Source: Promethearchaeota archaeon
GTDB lineage: Archaea; Asgardarchaeota; Lokiarchaeia; Sigyniarchaeales; SOKP01
Direction: 5' to 3'
Assembly: GCA_048940445.1 (NCBI GenBank)
Contig: JBHLON010000005.1
Span: forward strand, 59,125 to 123,124
DNA: 64,000 nt
The notes under the pieces were generated by a model that worked only from the letters and a program-made list of their open reading frames with translations, did not search any database and was not told the DNA's origin. Positions 48,117 to 57,999 of the stretch are shown piece by piece (position 1 is the stretch's first letter; each line of letters starts with the position of its first letter). The position numbers and the translations under genes are program-made.

Positions 48117-49808
48117 TTATGCTCGGTACATGGGATAGAATCTTAAAGCTCCAGCGGAATTATACCAGGTTCCCTGAATATCTACTGAATGAACATATGT
48201 TATTTTTGCATTATAACCAAAGCAGTGAGGATATAACCTATAAGCTAAGTACCATTGAATATTCTTATAAATTGTATTTCTGGCATTATCATCTGTTGTT
48301 TGTACGGCTTGGCCCATCATGCTAATTAATTTTGCATCATTGACTTGGGCAGAGTTGCCGCTTGACGCAGGATTAAATAATGGATCAAGCATGTTAAAGG
48401 GATCCAGATAGTCTGGGGCCCATCCAATCCAAAATAGACCTAAGTCCGCCTGATCAACAAACAACTTTCTGAGAAATGCATCCCATGTTATCCCATCATC
48501 TACAACATTTATTCCTATTGCTGGAAGCCACGCATGTAAAGCATCATACATATCTTCCCTCATAGAATTACCAACATTGTAACTATAGTTGATTGACAGT
48601 AGGTTAGCAGCTAACCATTGAGCATCAAGAGGATCATTATTTACTGGTAAACCCGAAGCTGCAGGTACATTATCAACAAGAGTTTGTCGAGCAACTACCA
48701 AATTATAATCTGCTGGGACAACAGACGCATTATATGCCGCTCCATAACCAGGAGAAATTGGACCTGTTGCCCTGGTAGCTAGACCATTCATTATTTCATC
48801 AATAATGTACGTATAATTAATAGCGAATGAGATAGCCTTTCTCCAAGGAGTGGATATATCTAAATTATTCATACCAAGATATTGGTATGTCAAACTTGGA
48901 AGTCCATAATCATCAGTAAAATGTTCGACTTTTATCGTAGGGTTCGAATCAAAAGTTGGGATCAAAGAGGGTATAGCACCGGCGAGATAATCAATTTCAT
49001 GTCCTAACATTGCGTTATTTCGGGTTGTAGGATCAGTAATGAAGGCCATGATTATTTCTTCGAAATAAGCTGGTGTTCTCCAATAATAGTCCCAACGAGC
49101 AAGTCTGACTTCAATATTAGGGACATAATACTGATAAGCAAAAGGACCAGTTCCAATGACTCTTCCTCCTGTAAGAGAGATATATCTATCTGCAGGAGTA
49201 GAAGAAGGAGATAACATAGCACCGCCTACATAACATAATAGATCTAAGAAAGGAGCGTAAGGAGCATTCATGTAAATAGTTACGTTATAGGCATAATCAG
49301 AAACAACATGATTTATAATAGGTTGACCATTGGGTAAAAAGTATAAGGAAGCAGGTTCCCCAGCAGTCATAGTGGACGGAAGGGTTCCTGTGCAGTTGAA
49401 TAGATATAACATTCTATCAAAATTCCATTTGGTTGCATTTGCATCAAATGGAGTTAAATCATGAAATACAATCCCTTCTCTAACTTTTATTTCTAGAGTC
49501 GTGTCATTTTTGTAATAGTAGCTTTCGGCAAGATCAGGAATTCTCGGTTGAGAGTGATCAGAATAATTGTAAGTAAAGAGCGTTTCCACCACTTGTTCAA
49601 GTACATCATTAGATGCAGAATCCCATGAGTTTACAGGATCAAGAACGTGGGGGGGTGAAGCGGTACCATATACAAGAGTTAGGTTCTCTGGTGCTGTTAA
49701 TTGAGCCTGTGAGAGCCCTAAGATGATGTTCCCTACTCCTGAAGCGGCTAGCGCAATTGCAAGTACAATTATGGCTACATTTTTCTTTTCCATTTCCATA
49801 TTTTTCAC
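48117..49808 (-). CDS. oppA: Oligopeptide ABC transporter substrate-binding protein (SBP family 5)
   Basis: N-terminal TM anchor; LDP; PDLAES; FHDLTPFDA; GTGPF; GWAPDYLDP. Confidence 0.95.
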   Translation of the reverse strand: MKNMEMEKKNVAIIVLAIALAASGVGNIILGLSQAQLTAPENLTLVYGTASPPHVLDPVNSWDSASNDVLEQVVETLFTYNYSDHSQPRIPDLAESYYYKNDTTLEIKVREGIVFHDLTPFDANATKWNFDRMLYLFNCTGTLPSTMTAGEPASLYFLPNGQPIINHVVSDYAYNVTIYMNAPYAPFLDLLCYVGGAMLSPSSTPADRYISLTGGRVIGTGPFAYQYYVPNIEVRLARWDYYWRTPAYFEEIIMAFITDPTTRNNAMLGHEIDYLAGAIPSLIPTFDSNPTIKVEHFTDDYGLPSLTYQYLGMNNLDISTPWRKAISFAINYTYIIDEIMNGLATRATGPISPGYGAAYNASVVPADYNLVVARQTLVDNVPAASGLPVNNDPLDAQWLAANLLSINYSYNVGNSMREDMYDALHAWLPAIGINVVDDGITWDAFLRKLFVDQADLGLFWIGWAPDYLDPFNMLDPLFNPASSGNSAQVNDAKLISMMGQAVQTTDDNARNTIYKNIQWYLAYRLYPHCFGYNAKITYVHSVDIQGTWYNSAGALRFYPMYRA

Positions 49809-50111
49809 TTAATTTAAAGTTTTGATTTTTTTTATTAGATTTTTTGTTAGATTACTACTTAAATTGTAAACTTATAAGTTTTTTCTTCTTTTTTTATAAG
49901 TTTCAGAAATCAATATAAGATCTTAGTCTAAGTTGATTTCATTTGTGATATTATATTTAATTCTATTTAAAGCTTTTTTATTGAGGTACAATACAATAAG
50001 GAGGGGTTTAATGTTGCAAGACCAATTATTTTAATAATTTAGCAGATATTTCAATTTAAGGTTAAAATATGGAATTATTTGGAATGATTAGAAAAAATAT
50101 CTGTAAAGGAT

Positions 50112-51068
50112 TTAAGTTATACCCAAATTAAAAAATTCAATGAATTGATCAAAATAAAAAGATATAATCAGTATCAAAAGTAAAATGAAGGCAGAGATAA
50201 TAATCCCCTTATCAAAGAAAGCTTTTTCTGGACTTCGGGCTACTTTTGGTTTTGCCATAGTTAAATAGTTGTAGCGCATTATAATATAAAGGGCAATTGG
50301 AATTGTAAATATAGCAATATATTCATATAATTTGACACTATTAGGATCAAACAATTTAAAGTTAAAGATAAGATATAACGAATAAGTCATAAAAAGACAA
50401 CTTGAAATAATTGTATAGAACTGATTTAATAATTCTAAAGAATATTGTTTATAAACTCTTTTATGCTCGATTGCTTTTTCCCTGCCTAGATAACTCAAAT
50501 CTGCTCTTCTTTTTCCTATGCTGAGGAATAGTGCTACTTCAAATATCGCTAAAAATAACCATGCTGAAACATATTCTTCGATTAAAAAGCAGCCTGCTAA
50601 AGCTCGCCATAAGTAGCCTAAGGATAGAATCAAAATGTCTATGAATGCATAATTTTTTAAAAAAAGATTGTAAATTTGACCGGTTGCTATAATAAGGAGT
50701 ACCATTAAAGCAAAATTCAAACTAGGTATTAAAGAGAAAAAAGAAAGAGTAATAATACCAATTAAAATAAGTAGGATTAAAATAATTATTAATATCACTG
50801 CAAAATAAACTGGAAGTTCTTTTGATGCAAGAGGCTTTTTCTTTAGTTTTTCAGGATGATTTCTATCACTCTTAATATCTCTGATATCGTTGATTATGTA
50901 ATTAAACGAAGAAGCACAACATAATAGGATAAAACCTATTAAAAGAGAAAAATAAAGGGAAATATCAAATAATCTCTGACTAAAAAAAATTCCAACAAAT
51001 ATTAGTGCATTTTTATAATATTGCCTTACTCTTAAGAGGTTAAAAATACTCTTCAATTTATTTAGCAT
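50112..51068 (-). CDS. UbiA-family polyprenyl-phosphate phosphoribosyltransferase (DPPR synthase-like)
   Basis: LRVRQYYKN; YIINDIRDIKSDRNHPEK..KPLAS; GKRR; multi-TM. Confidence 0.85.
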   Translation of the reverse strand: MLNKLKSIFNLLRVRQYYKNALIFVGIFFSQRLFDISLYFSLLIGFILLCCASSFNYIINDIRDIKSDRNHPEKLKKKPLASKELPVYFAVILIIILILLILIGIITLSFFSLIPSLNFALMVLLIIATGQIYNLFLKNYAFIDILILSLGYLWRALAGCFLIEEYVSAWLFLAIFEVALFLSIGKRRADLSYLGREKAIEHKRVYKQYSLELLNQFYTIISSCLFMTYSLYLIFNFKLFDPNSVKLYEYIAIFTIPIALYIIMRYNYLTMAKPKVARSPEKAFFDKGIIISAFILLLILIISFYFDQFIEFFNLGIT

Positions 51069-51134
51069 ATTAAGTTTTTGAAAATCTCATTTATATTAAA
51101 CTTTATTAAGGCTATATTTTCTTTTTAGAAGAGA

Positions 51135-51207
51135 TAGCCCGGCACGGATTCGAACCGTGGTCACGGGGTTCAAGGCCCCATATGCTTGGCCGCTACACCA
51201 CCGGGCT
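51135..51207 (-). tRNA. tRNA-Gln(UUG), intronless, with C at position 33
   Basis: AGCCCGG/CCGGGCT+A acceptor (A1-U72); TAGCGGCCAAG D loop; TGGGG-CC-TTG-AA-CCCCG; CACGG-TTCGAAT-CCGTG. Confidence 0.92.
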
Positions 51208-51232
51208 TATTTTATCAATGAGTCATTTAACT

Positions 51233-51856
51233 TTATATATTAAAAGGTTTTAAATCTTGCTTAAAGAATTTATCATTCAATAAATTTTTGTTGGTTTTTA
51301 AGAATTCAAGCTCCTGATTTTTGTTCCTATATTCGTCAGGGAGCATTTGTGGAATTGTATCTATTATAGGAAACCAGCGTTTACATTTTGGGCAAAGTAA
51401 CAGCCCAGAATCTATTTCTACTTCAAGTTTTATCTTATTGATGAAAAACAATTCAGGAGTTAGGTTTTCAATTTGATCGGCACCCAAATTTTTAGAATAT
51501 TCCATTAAGTTTTTCTTAACTTCATTTTTAATAAGATTAAAGCATAATTCACTCAATTGATTTGTAGAATTATCATGAATAAAATTAAATTCATCAATAC
51601 TTGATAAGATTAGTTCCATATATTCATTTAATGAGGATTTTTCCAATACAATACCATCATTAATATATATACTCTCTCCTTCTTTATAGATTTTAATTAT
51701 CTCTTCTTTTTTAATAAAATCTACGTCTCTAAGTTTATAGACGTTTAAAAAGTTCTTAAACTCTTCGAGTTCGGTATCATATGAAAAAATATATAGCTCT
51801 AACGGAAAGTATTTATCTATTGGGCAAGCTAAAATATCAAATAACCATGGTTTCAT
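51233..51856 (-). CDS. trm112: Trm112-like methyltransferase activator with long helical insertion
   Basis: MKPWLFDILACPIDK..PL.L and EVEIDSGLLLCPKCKRWFPIIDTIPQML flank a ~120-aa insert. Confidence 0.88.
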   Translation of the reverse strand: MKPWLFDILACPIDKYFPLELYIFSYDTELEEFKNFLNVYKLRDVDFIKKEEIIKIYKEGESIYINDGIVLEKSSLNEYMELILSSIDEFNFIHDNSTNQLSELCFNLIKNEVKKNLMEYSKNLGADQIENLTPELFFINKIKLEVEIDSGLLLCPKCKRWFPIIDTIPQMLPDEYRNKNQELEFLKTNKNLLNDKFFKQDLKPFNI

Positions 51857-51888
51857 TTATATGCCAATTCAACATTATAGATATGTAA

Positions 51889-53745
51889 TTATAATAAATA
51901 ACTTCTTAGTTGTTGTATGAATTTATCTATTGTACGATCGATTCTTCTTCTTCTCTTCATAAAATCACCTAGCAATTTCTCGTAAGCAGCTTTTGATGGT
52001 AGTTTTCCTCGTTTATATCGATTTTCAAGTAGCGTCAAGCTATCATTAACAGTAATTCTTTCAGCATCCATTAAATCTAACTTACTAATTATATTATTAA
52101 AAGTTTCATTTGCTTCCATTAAAGTATTTTTAAATGGAATGATTTCCTGTTTGATTTGCTCAATTTTGGCTGAATTTTTATCTGAAAGATTCATAAAAGT
52201 CTTCTTTGTAATCTTTTTGCGTTTTAAATCTTCTTCTGCCTTTCTGACTTCTAAGATAAGAGCATTTTTTTCCTCATATAATGCACAAAATTCTCTAATT
52301 TCATTTAAAACCGTTAAATCTCTTTTAACTATTGATATGCCTTCCTTTTTCTTACTTAGTTTTATATAAACTACATAAAAGGATAAAATAGAAGTAATTA
52401 TAACCATTATTATAATAGGTCTTAAGAGTAAATTAAATAAATCGATATTATAGGTTATCTGGATCAAATTGGATTCTAAAGGGCTTACATTATTTGAATT
52501 GTAAATAAGAATTTTCGATCCCTGAGAATTTGTGATTGTTTCGGGTAAAGAAGAAATATAATCTAAATTACCGCATCCCTCGATAACTAAATTAATTGTT
52601 TGCTCCTTCGCTAAAAAGGGATATTTAGTTATCATTAAATCTATTTGAAATGACTCTTGAAACCAATTCATAGAAACATATTCTTCAAAAGGTAAATTAT
52701 ACTCAATAGTAAATTCGAATTTGGAAAGCGGTGAAATACCTACACGATTTCGTAATAAATTGATTTCTATTGGCATCATTTTAGAATTGGATTCTGAAAT
52801 CGACGCCGATAGATCTCCAATACTATCAAATACACGAAGATTTTTAGAATCAAGGGGAATTTCAAAATTAAATGAAGAGATATCAATAGCTCCAGTATTC
52901 TGAATAGTCAGCTCATCTTTGATCTTTATTATACCCCAAGGTAGAATGTTTATAATCCGACTAATCTTTTCTAATTCTAATTTGGTGTATTGATTATTTT
53001 TAAAAGTCACTGAGACTTCTTTACTTTCGTTAGGAAGATTTCCTAGAAAAGGTTCCAAAGAGTCGATCGTTAGAGTTGCAGCTAAATCATATAAAATAAT
53101 ACCAGGTGAGATTTCAGTACCCATAGTATCTATTTTTTCAAAATCAATAATAGTTGATGCTTCAGGTGTTGTGATAAGTGTTTTAATATTTTCTCCTTTT
53201 GCTTTATATGGTAGAGTCGGAAACAAGAAATTGGTAAAATTTATCTCTTGATCCGAACCAACTTTTTCAAAATATACAAGATTATTATAAGTTTGCATAA
53301 TCAATATCGTAGTTTCTTCTTGATAAAATAAAGGAGAGTCTAAATAGATTGTAACTATGTTGAAATCATTCATAATGAAATCAGTTTTTTCAGTTAAAAG
53401 AGACTCTTCTCCTGAATCTTTTGCTTGAATAAATATTAAATCTGCAAAGTTTTGGTGAGGGATTCCTATTGAAATTGAAGTGATAGGATTACTATTTTTA
53501 TTTAAAACATTAAAATAATCTTGAATATTTACCAATCCATATCCAGTTATATTTATATTTCTTACACTTTCAGTAATTAATATATTTTCAGCTCCTTCTA
53601 AATTTGTAGATAGTTTTGGATTTTTATTTTGATAATTATTTTGATTATAAGTTTTATGATCATAATTAAGTGATGAAATTAAAATTGCAAATATAAGCAA
53701 TCCAGTGATAACAACAAAAATTTTTTTTAATCTAAACATTTGCAT
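51889..53745 (-). CDS. Ribophorin I (OST1/RPN1)-like protein
   Basis: Signal anchor; two repeats of R.I.I...G...I.D.....N beta-sandwich; single TM; cytosolic helical bundle. Confidence 0.82.
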   Translation of the reverse strand: MQMFRLKKIFVVITGLLIFAILISSLNYDHKTYNQNNYQNKNPKLSTNLEGAENILITESVRNINITGYGLVNIQDYFNVLNKNSNPITSISIGIPHQNFADLIFIQAKDSGEESLLTEKTDFIMNDFNIVTIYLDSPLFYQEETTILIMQTYNNLVYFEKVGSDQEINFTNFLFPTLPYKAKGENIKTLITTPEASTIIDFEKIDTMGTEISPGIILYDLAATLTIDSLEPFLGNLPNESKEVSVTFKNNQYTKLELEKISRIINILPWGIIKIKDELTIQNTGAIDISSFNFEIPLDSKNLRVFDSIGDLSASISESNSKMMPIEINLLRNRVGISPLSKFEFTIEYNLPFEEYVSMNWFQESFQIDLMITKYPFLAKEQTINLVIEGCGNLDYISSLPETITNSQGSKILIYNSNNVSPLESNLIQITYNIDLFNLLLRPIIIMVIITSILSFYVVYIKLSKKKEGISIVKRDLTVLNEIREFCALYEEKNALILEVRKAEEDLKRKKITKKTFMNLSDKNSAKIEQIKQEIIPFKNTLMEANETFNNIISKLDLMDAERITVNDSLTLLENRYKRGKLPSKAAYEKLLGDFMKRRRRIDRTIDKFIQQLRSYLL

Positions 53746-53889
53746 TTAATTTACTCCGAAAGTTAACTAAGAATAATTATAATTATTAATAAAATTTTAT
53801 TTAATTTTTTTTTATCTTTCTGAATAAAACTTAATATTATTCGAATTTTATTCTTAAGTAATATAAATTAAAAAATTAAGGATCAAAAC

Positions 53890-54108
53890 ATGTCAACTAG
53901 AAAAACTCAATCAAGACGTAAAAAAAGACGAAGCGGAAATGCTCCTATGCCAATGGGAGGTGCTGGATTAATGAGGTTTTTTGAAGATAGCTCAATTGGA
54001 ATTAAAGTGGGTCCGATTTCAACAGTGATATTTGCTGTCGCATTAATACTGGTAGTAATATTTGCTTGGATAGGAGTTTTTAATTGGTTATTTAGTTTTG
54101 GCGGTTAA
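53890..54108 (+). CDS. secG: Preprotein translocase subunit Sec61beta
   Basis: Basic N-terminus; GAGLMRFFED..GIKVGP; single TM. Confidence 0.93.
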   Translation: MSTRKTQSRRKKRRSGNAPMPMGGAGLMRFFEDSSIGIKVGPISTVIFAVALILVVIFAWIGVFNWLFSFGG

Positions 54109-54155
54109 AATAACCTTAAGCATTTCTTATTAGTTTCTTTAGAAAAAATTATATC

Positions 54156-54449
54156 ATGATGGTCTCAGAATTTCAAAATTTAATAAAAACCTTATATATC
54201 AAGAAAGATTTACAAAGAGGCATTCAAGAGACTTTTATATGGTTAGTTGAAGAAATTGGAGAACTAGCCACCCTTCTAAAAGAAAAAGAGGTAAAAATTA
54301 AAAAAATTTCTCATGAATTAGCGGATATTATCGCATGGACGAATTCAATAGCAAACTTATTAGATATTGATTTAGAAAAAGCATTAATCGAAAAATATCC
54401 TAATCAATGCATCAAATGTGGTAAAAGTCCATGTGAATGTGAAAATTAA
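54156..54449 (+). CDS. MazG-like nucleotide pyrophosphohydrolase
   Basis: WLVEEIGELA ... ELADIIAW; C-terminal CIKCGKSPCEC. Confidence 0.9.
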   Translation: MMVSEFQNLIKTLYIKKDLQRGIQETFIWLVEEIGELATLLKEKEVKIKKISHELADIIAWTNSIANLLDIDLEKALIEKYPNQCIKCGKSPCECEN

Positions 54450-54633
54450 AAGAGTTATAGTATATATAAGTCATTCTGTTTTGTTTAACCACTCAAATAA
54501 ATTTAGGTTGTTTAATTATATTTTAGAATTCAAAGAGAAAATATAGCTGTTTTAAAACTAGTTTATATGTGAAAATTAATAAAATATTTTTTATTTAAAT
54601 AACTTAAAAATAAAAATGAATATATAGGTTATC

Positions 54634-55371
54634 TTGAACAATCGAGACTTTTCAATTATTCATTCTGAAGCTGAAATCCATAAGGATGCATTTATAGATA
54701 ATTTCACAGTAATTGGAAAAGGTGTAAAAATAGAAAAAGAAGTTTATATCTCAAAGGGAGTAAAAATTTATGGTAAAACATTCATAAAGAAAGGGTCTTA
54801 TATTGGTGAGAATTGTATTATAGGACATCCTCAAAGGGATTTTTTACAAAAGCAAATTGAAAGCAAAACACAAATTAATGAATTTGAAGGACCATTATTA
54901 ACCATTGGAGCAGAATGCACCATAAGAGCAGGTTCGATAATATATTCAGAAGTTATAATTGGTGATAATTGCCAAACTGGCCATAACGTTTTAATTCGAG
55001 AAAAGACTCAAATTGGTAAAAATTCTTTAGTAGGTACTAATTGTATTATTGATGGGAATGTTTCTATTGGAAATGATGTAAGTATACAAACAGGTGTGTA
55101 TATCCCCTTATTTTGTACTATTGGAAATAATGTCTTTATGGGACCCTATTGCAAATTAACTAACGATAAATATATGAAACGCAAAGATTTTCGGTTAAAA
55201 GGTGCAAATATTGAGGATTTTGTATCAATTGGGGCAAATTCTGTAATTCTACCTGGTATAACTCTAAAAAAAGGAACTATTGTTGGTGCCGGAGCTGTAG
55301 TTGTAAAGGATACCGTTGAGAATGATGTAATTGTAGGCAATCCAGCTAAATTATTAAAAAAAAATATCTAA
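54634..55371 (+). CDS. Hexapeptide-repeat (LbH) sugar N-acetyltransferase, WbpD-like
   Basis: Hexapeptide repeats; LTNDKY; IGANSVILPG; VGAGAVVVKD; GNPAK. Confidence 0.88.
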   Translation: MNNRDFSIIHSEAEIHKDAFIDNFTVIGKGVKIEKEVYISKGVKIYGKTFIKKGSYIGENCIIGHPQRDFLQKQIESKTQINEFEGPLLTIGAECTIRAGSIIYSEVIIGDNCQTGHNVLIREKTQIGKNSLVGTNCIIDGNVSIGNDVSIQTGVYIPLFCTIGNNVFMGPYCKLTNDKYMKRKDFRLKGANIEDFVSIGANSVILPGITLKKGTIVGAGAVVVKDTVENDVIVGNPAKLLKKNI

Positions 55372-55414
55372 ACTTATTTTTGTATAAAAGAAAGAACTAT
55401 TAAATGCTGATTTA

Positions 55415-56515
55415 ATGAACTTAAACAAAAAAAGAATATGGATTGATATTGAAGAACCAAAAACTGCAATAATGTTTAAATCTTTAGTCTCAAAGTTAGA
55501 AGAGGAAAAAGCTTCACTTTTAATCACAGCTAGAAACTATGACTCAACCTTCCAAATTTTAGATGATTTGGAAATAAATTATATAAAAGTAGGAAAACAT
55601 GGAGGAGAAAAACTGGATGGTAAACTAAAAGCCTACATTGACAGATTAGGAGATTTATTTCCTTACATTTTTAAATTTAAACCAGAATTTTTTATAACCT
55701 TTTCTTCTATTGAAGGAACACGAATTTCCTATGGATTAAAAGTCCCATCAATAGGATACAATGATGAGCCTCGAAATGTTCATGTATGTAAATTATTATT
55801 TCCTTATTTAGATCAAATTATAACTCCTGAATGTGTACCTAAAGAATGGTACATAAATCTTCACGCGAATCCAGAGAAATTAATTAGGTATAATGGAATC
55901 GATGAAATTGCATGGTTAACAGAATTTACTCCTAATAATGATATCCTCAAGAAATTTGACGTTCAAAAAGGACAATATATCATTATTAGGAGTGAGCCTA
56001 GTTTTGCAAGTTATTTTTTATCTAAACTCGAGCCTGAAAAAACACTTATCTCTGACTTTTTTCCTTTAATTTTTAAAAAATATCCGAATTTGAAATATTT
56101 TATTATTCCAAGGACAGATAAACAAGAAAATTATCTTAAAGTAAAATTGAGAGATTATATTAGAAATAAAAATACTATATTAACACGTTATTTACCTAAT
56201 ATGAGTAATTTTTGCTTCTATTCTGCTCTAGTTATTAGCGGAGGAGGAACAATAGTTCGTGAATCAAGTCTATTAGGAGTACCCAGCATTGAATTTTTCC
56301 CCGGAGATACAGCACCTCAAGAGTCATTCCTAATAAACAATGATTTTCCTTTATTTCATATTAAGAACTATAAAAAGGTTGCTGAAAAAGCGATCGAAAT
56401 TTTGTCAAGTAACCCAAAACCTAATCGATTTTCAGAAGCTTTTAGGGAGAGACTTAATGATTTTGAAAATCCGAATGAAATATGCTTTAAGAAAATAAAA
56501 GAAAGAATCACATAA
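55415..56515 (+). CDS. DUF354 GT-B fold protein
   Basis: IWIDI..P; ITAR; GKHGG; SGGGTIVRESSLLGVPSI. Confidence 0.85.
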   Translation: MNLNKKRIWIDIEEPKTAIMFKSLVSKLEEEKASLLITARNYDSTFQILDDLEINYIKVGKHGGEKLDGKLKAYIDRLGDLFPYIFKFKPEFFITFSSIEGTRISYGLKVPSIGYNDEPRNVHVCKLLFPYLDQIITPECVPKEWYINLHANPEKLIRYNGIDEIAWLTEFTPNNDILKKFDVQKGQYIIIRSEPSFASYFLSKLEPEKTLISDFFPLIFKKYPNLKYFIIPRTDKQENYLKVKLRDYIRNKNTILTRYLPNMSNFCFYSALVISGGGTIVRESSLLGVPSIEFFPGDTAPQESFLINNDFPLFHIKNYKKVAEKAIEILSSNPKPNRFSEAFRERLNDFENPNEICFKKIKERIT

Positions 56516-57880
56516 TCACGGTATTTTACGTTTAATTTTTTTAATTTGAGACCAAAAATATCTGATTGTTAAATAATACCATATTGCTAAACATGGCACT
56601 ATAAAGATTATTGAGAAGATAATATTAGTTGGTATTTTGATAAATCCTAAATCAATATCATGATAAAAAATATTCATGATAATTGTATCAATAAATATCA
56701 AAAGAAGAATGATGACTCCTAAGAATGTTATCATTAAAGAAACGATGCCTCTTATTCTAGGGAAGAAGTATAATATAATTGTGATAGCTACTAAACATGT
56801 TATTATAGAAGTGATCAAAGGAATTAAACCGATATCATGCAAAGTCCAATGGATAAAAATCATTGAAACAATAGAGAACAATCCACAAATAACAGATATT
56901 ATAAAAAAATTCTTTATTAGCTGAGGTTCTGTTAAGGGGCCTTTAGCTAAAATTAGACGAGGTAATGTTAGTGCTGCGCTTTTTTCTTCTGATGCCGTAA
57001 TTAGATCTTCTCTTAAGAGAACTACATCACTTTTCTGTCCCTGTATTTCACTACTTTCTAAAAAACCTCTAACAGAACTAACAACAAAAAAACTATTAAA
57101 AAAATGAATTAATAAAGCACTAAATACAACAACCTCTAAGGATCCCAATAATGCTATACAAGCAAATAATGCCCCCATAGTTAAAGTACCTACATCACCC
57201 GGAAATATTTTTGCAGGATATTTATTATATAGAAAGAAGGGGATTAACACAGCAATTCCAGATATTATAAATACTAATGCTACAGTTGAATGCCATAATA
57301 AAGCAGAAATGAACAAAAAGCATAATGCAATTAAAGACGCACCAGATCCTTCTCCATTATAACCTTCAAGCATATTCGATGTATTAGTCAAAATGGCTAC
57401 TATCAATGGAACGACTAAAGGATAAATCAAAGTTAACCTAGTTTCCCCAAGGATAGGTATTATAGGAGATTGTATATTGATATAACCAAAAAAATTCGCA
57501 ATAAATATAATTACACCTGTAAAAATTGTAAGTATAATTTTGTATCGGGATTTTAATTTTTTTCTGTCATCAAAATAGCCAATTGATCCTGATACAATAA
57601 TTGTTAAAAGAAATACGATTAATTCATTAAACAAAGTTGGGAAAAAAATTATTGATACTATTGTGGTTAAAACTAACCCAAAAAGAATACTTAAGCCACC
57701 AGATTCGGGGATTTCTGGCTTTTTATTTTTGTGAATATCAATTCCAGTAAATCCTTTTTTTTTCATAAATCTAATTATATAAGGTATAATAAGATAAGTA
57801 GAGAGAAATCCTACTACAAAAGTGATTATTAAAGCTAAGATTTCAAGAATTCCCCAATTTATTTGCGTTATTAGTATCAT
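56516..57880 (-). CDS. UDP-GlcNAc:dolichyl-phosphate GlcNAc-1-P transferase (AglH/Alg7/DPAGT1)
   Basis: GIDIHK..KPEIPESGG; GYFDD; NTSNMLEGYNG; YNKYPAKIFPGD; extra C-terminal TMs. Confidence 0.9.
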   Translation of the reverse strand: MILITQINWGILEILALIITFVVGFLSTYLIIPYIIRFMKKKGFTGIDIHKNKKPEIPESGGLSILFGLVLTTIVSIIFFPTLFNELIVFLLTIIVSGSIGYFDDRKKLKSRYKIILTIFTGVIIFIANFFGYINIQSPIIPILGETRLTLIYPLVVPLIVAILTNTSNMLEGYNGEGSGASLIALCFLFISALLWHSTVALVFIISGIAVLIPFFLYNKYPAKIFPGDVGTLTMGALFACIALLGSLEVVVFSALLIHFFNSFFVVSSVRGFLESSEIQGQKSDVVLLREDLITASEEKSAALTLPRLILAKGPLTEPQLIKNFFIISVICGLFSIVSMIFIHWTLHDIGLIPLITSIITCLVAITIILYFFPRIRGIVSLMITFLGVIILLLIFIDTIIMNIFYHDIDLGFIKIPTNIIFSIIFIVPCLAIWYYLTIRYFWSQIKKIKRKIP

Positions 57881-57999
57881 AGATAGAATTTTTTATAAAA
57901 GTAAAATTTGACTTTAAGAAATTAACCATAATTTATATTCTTTTATTACTATCAAATGATTTGATGGAATCAATTGATAATTTTAATGCTTAGTATTTT

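Noticed and set aside
48117-49808. Higher GC in oppA as a sign of horizontal transfer
   Set aside because: Explained by Ala/Gly/Pro-rich composition and likely high expression; the gene fits its operon.
4012-57880. Selenoprotein read-through at TGA-ending ORFs (Nudix 4012, roadblock 8924, cupin 21196, FBPase 34534, RadB 36838, GPT 56516)
   Set aside because: Each looks complete at the TGA, none is a redox family with Cys at that site, and no convincing SECIS was seen by eye.
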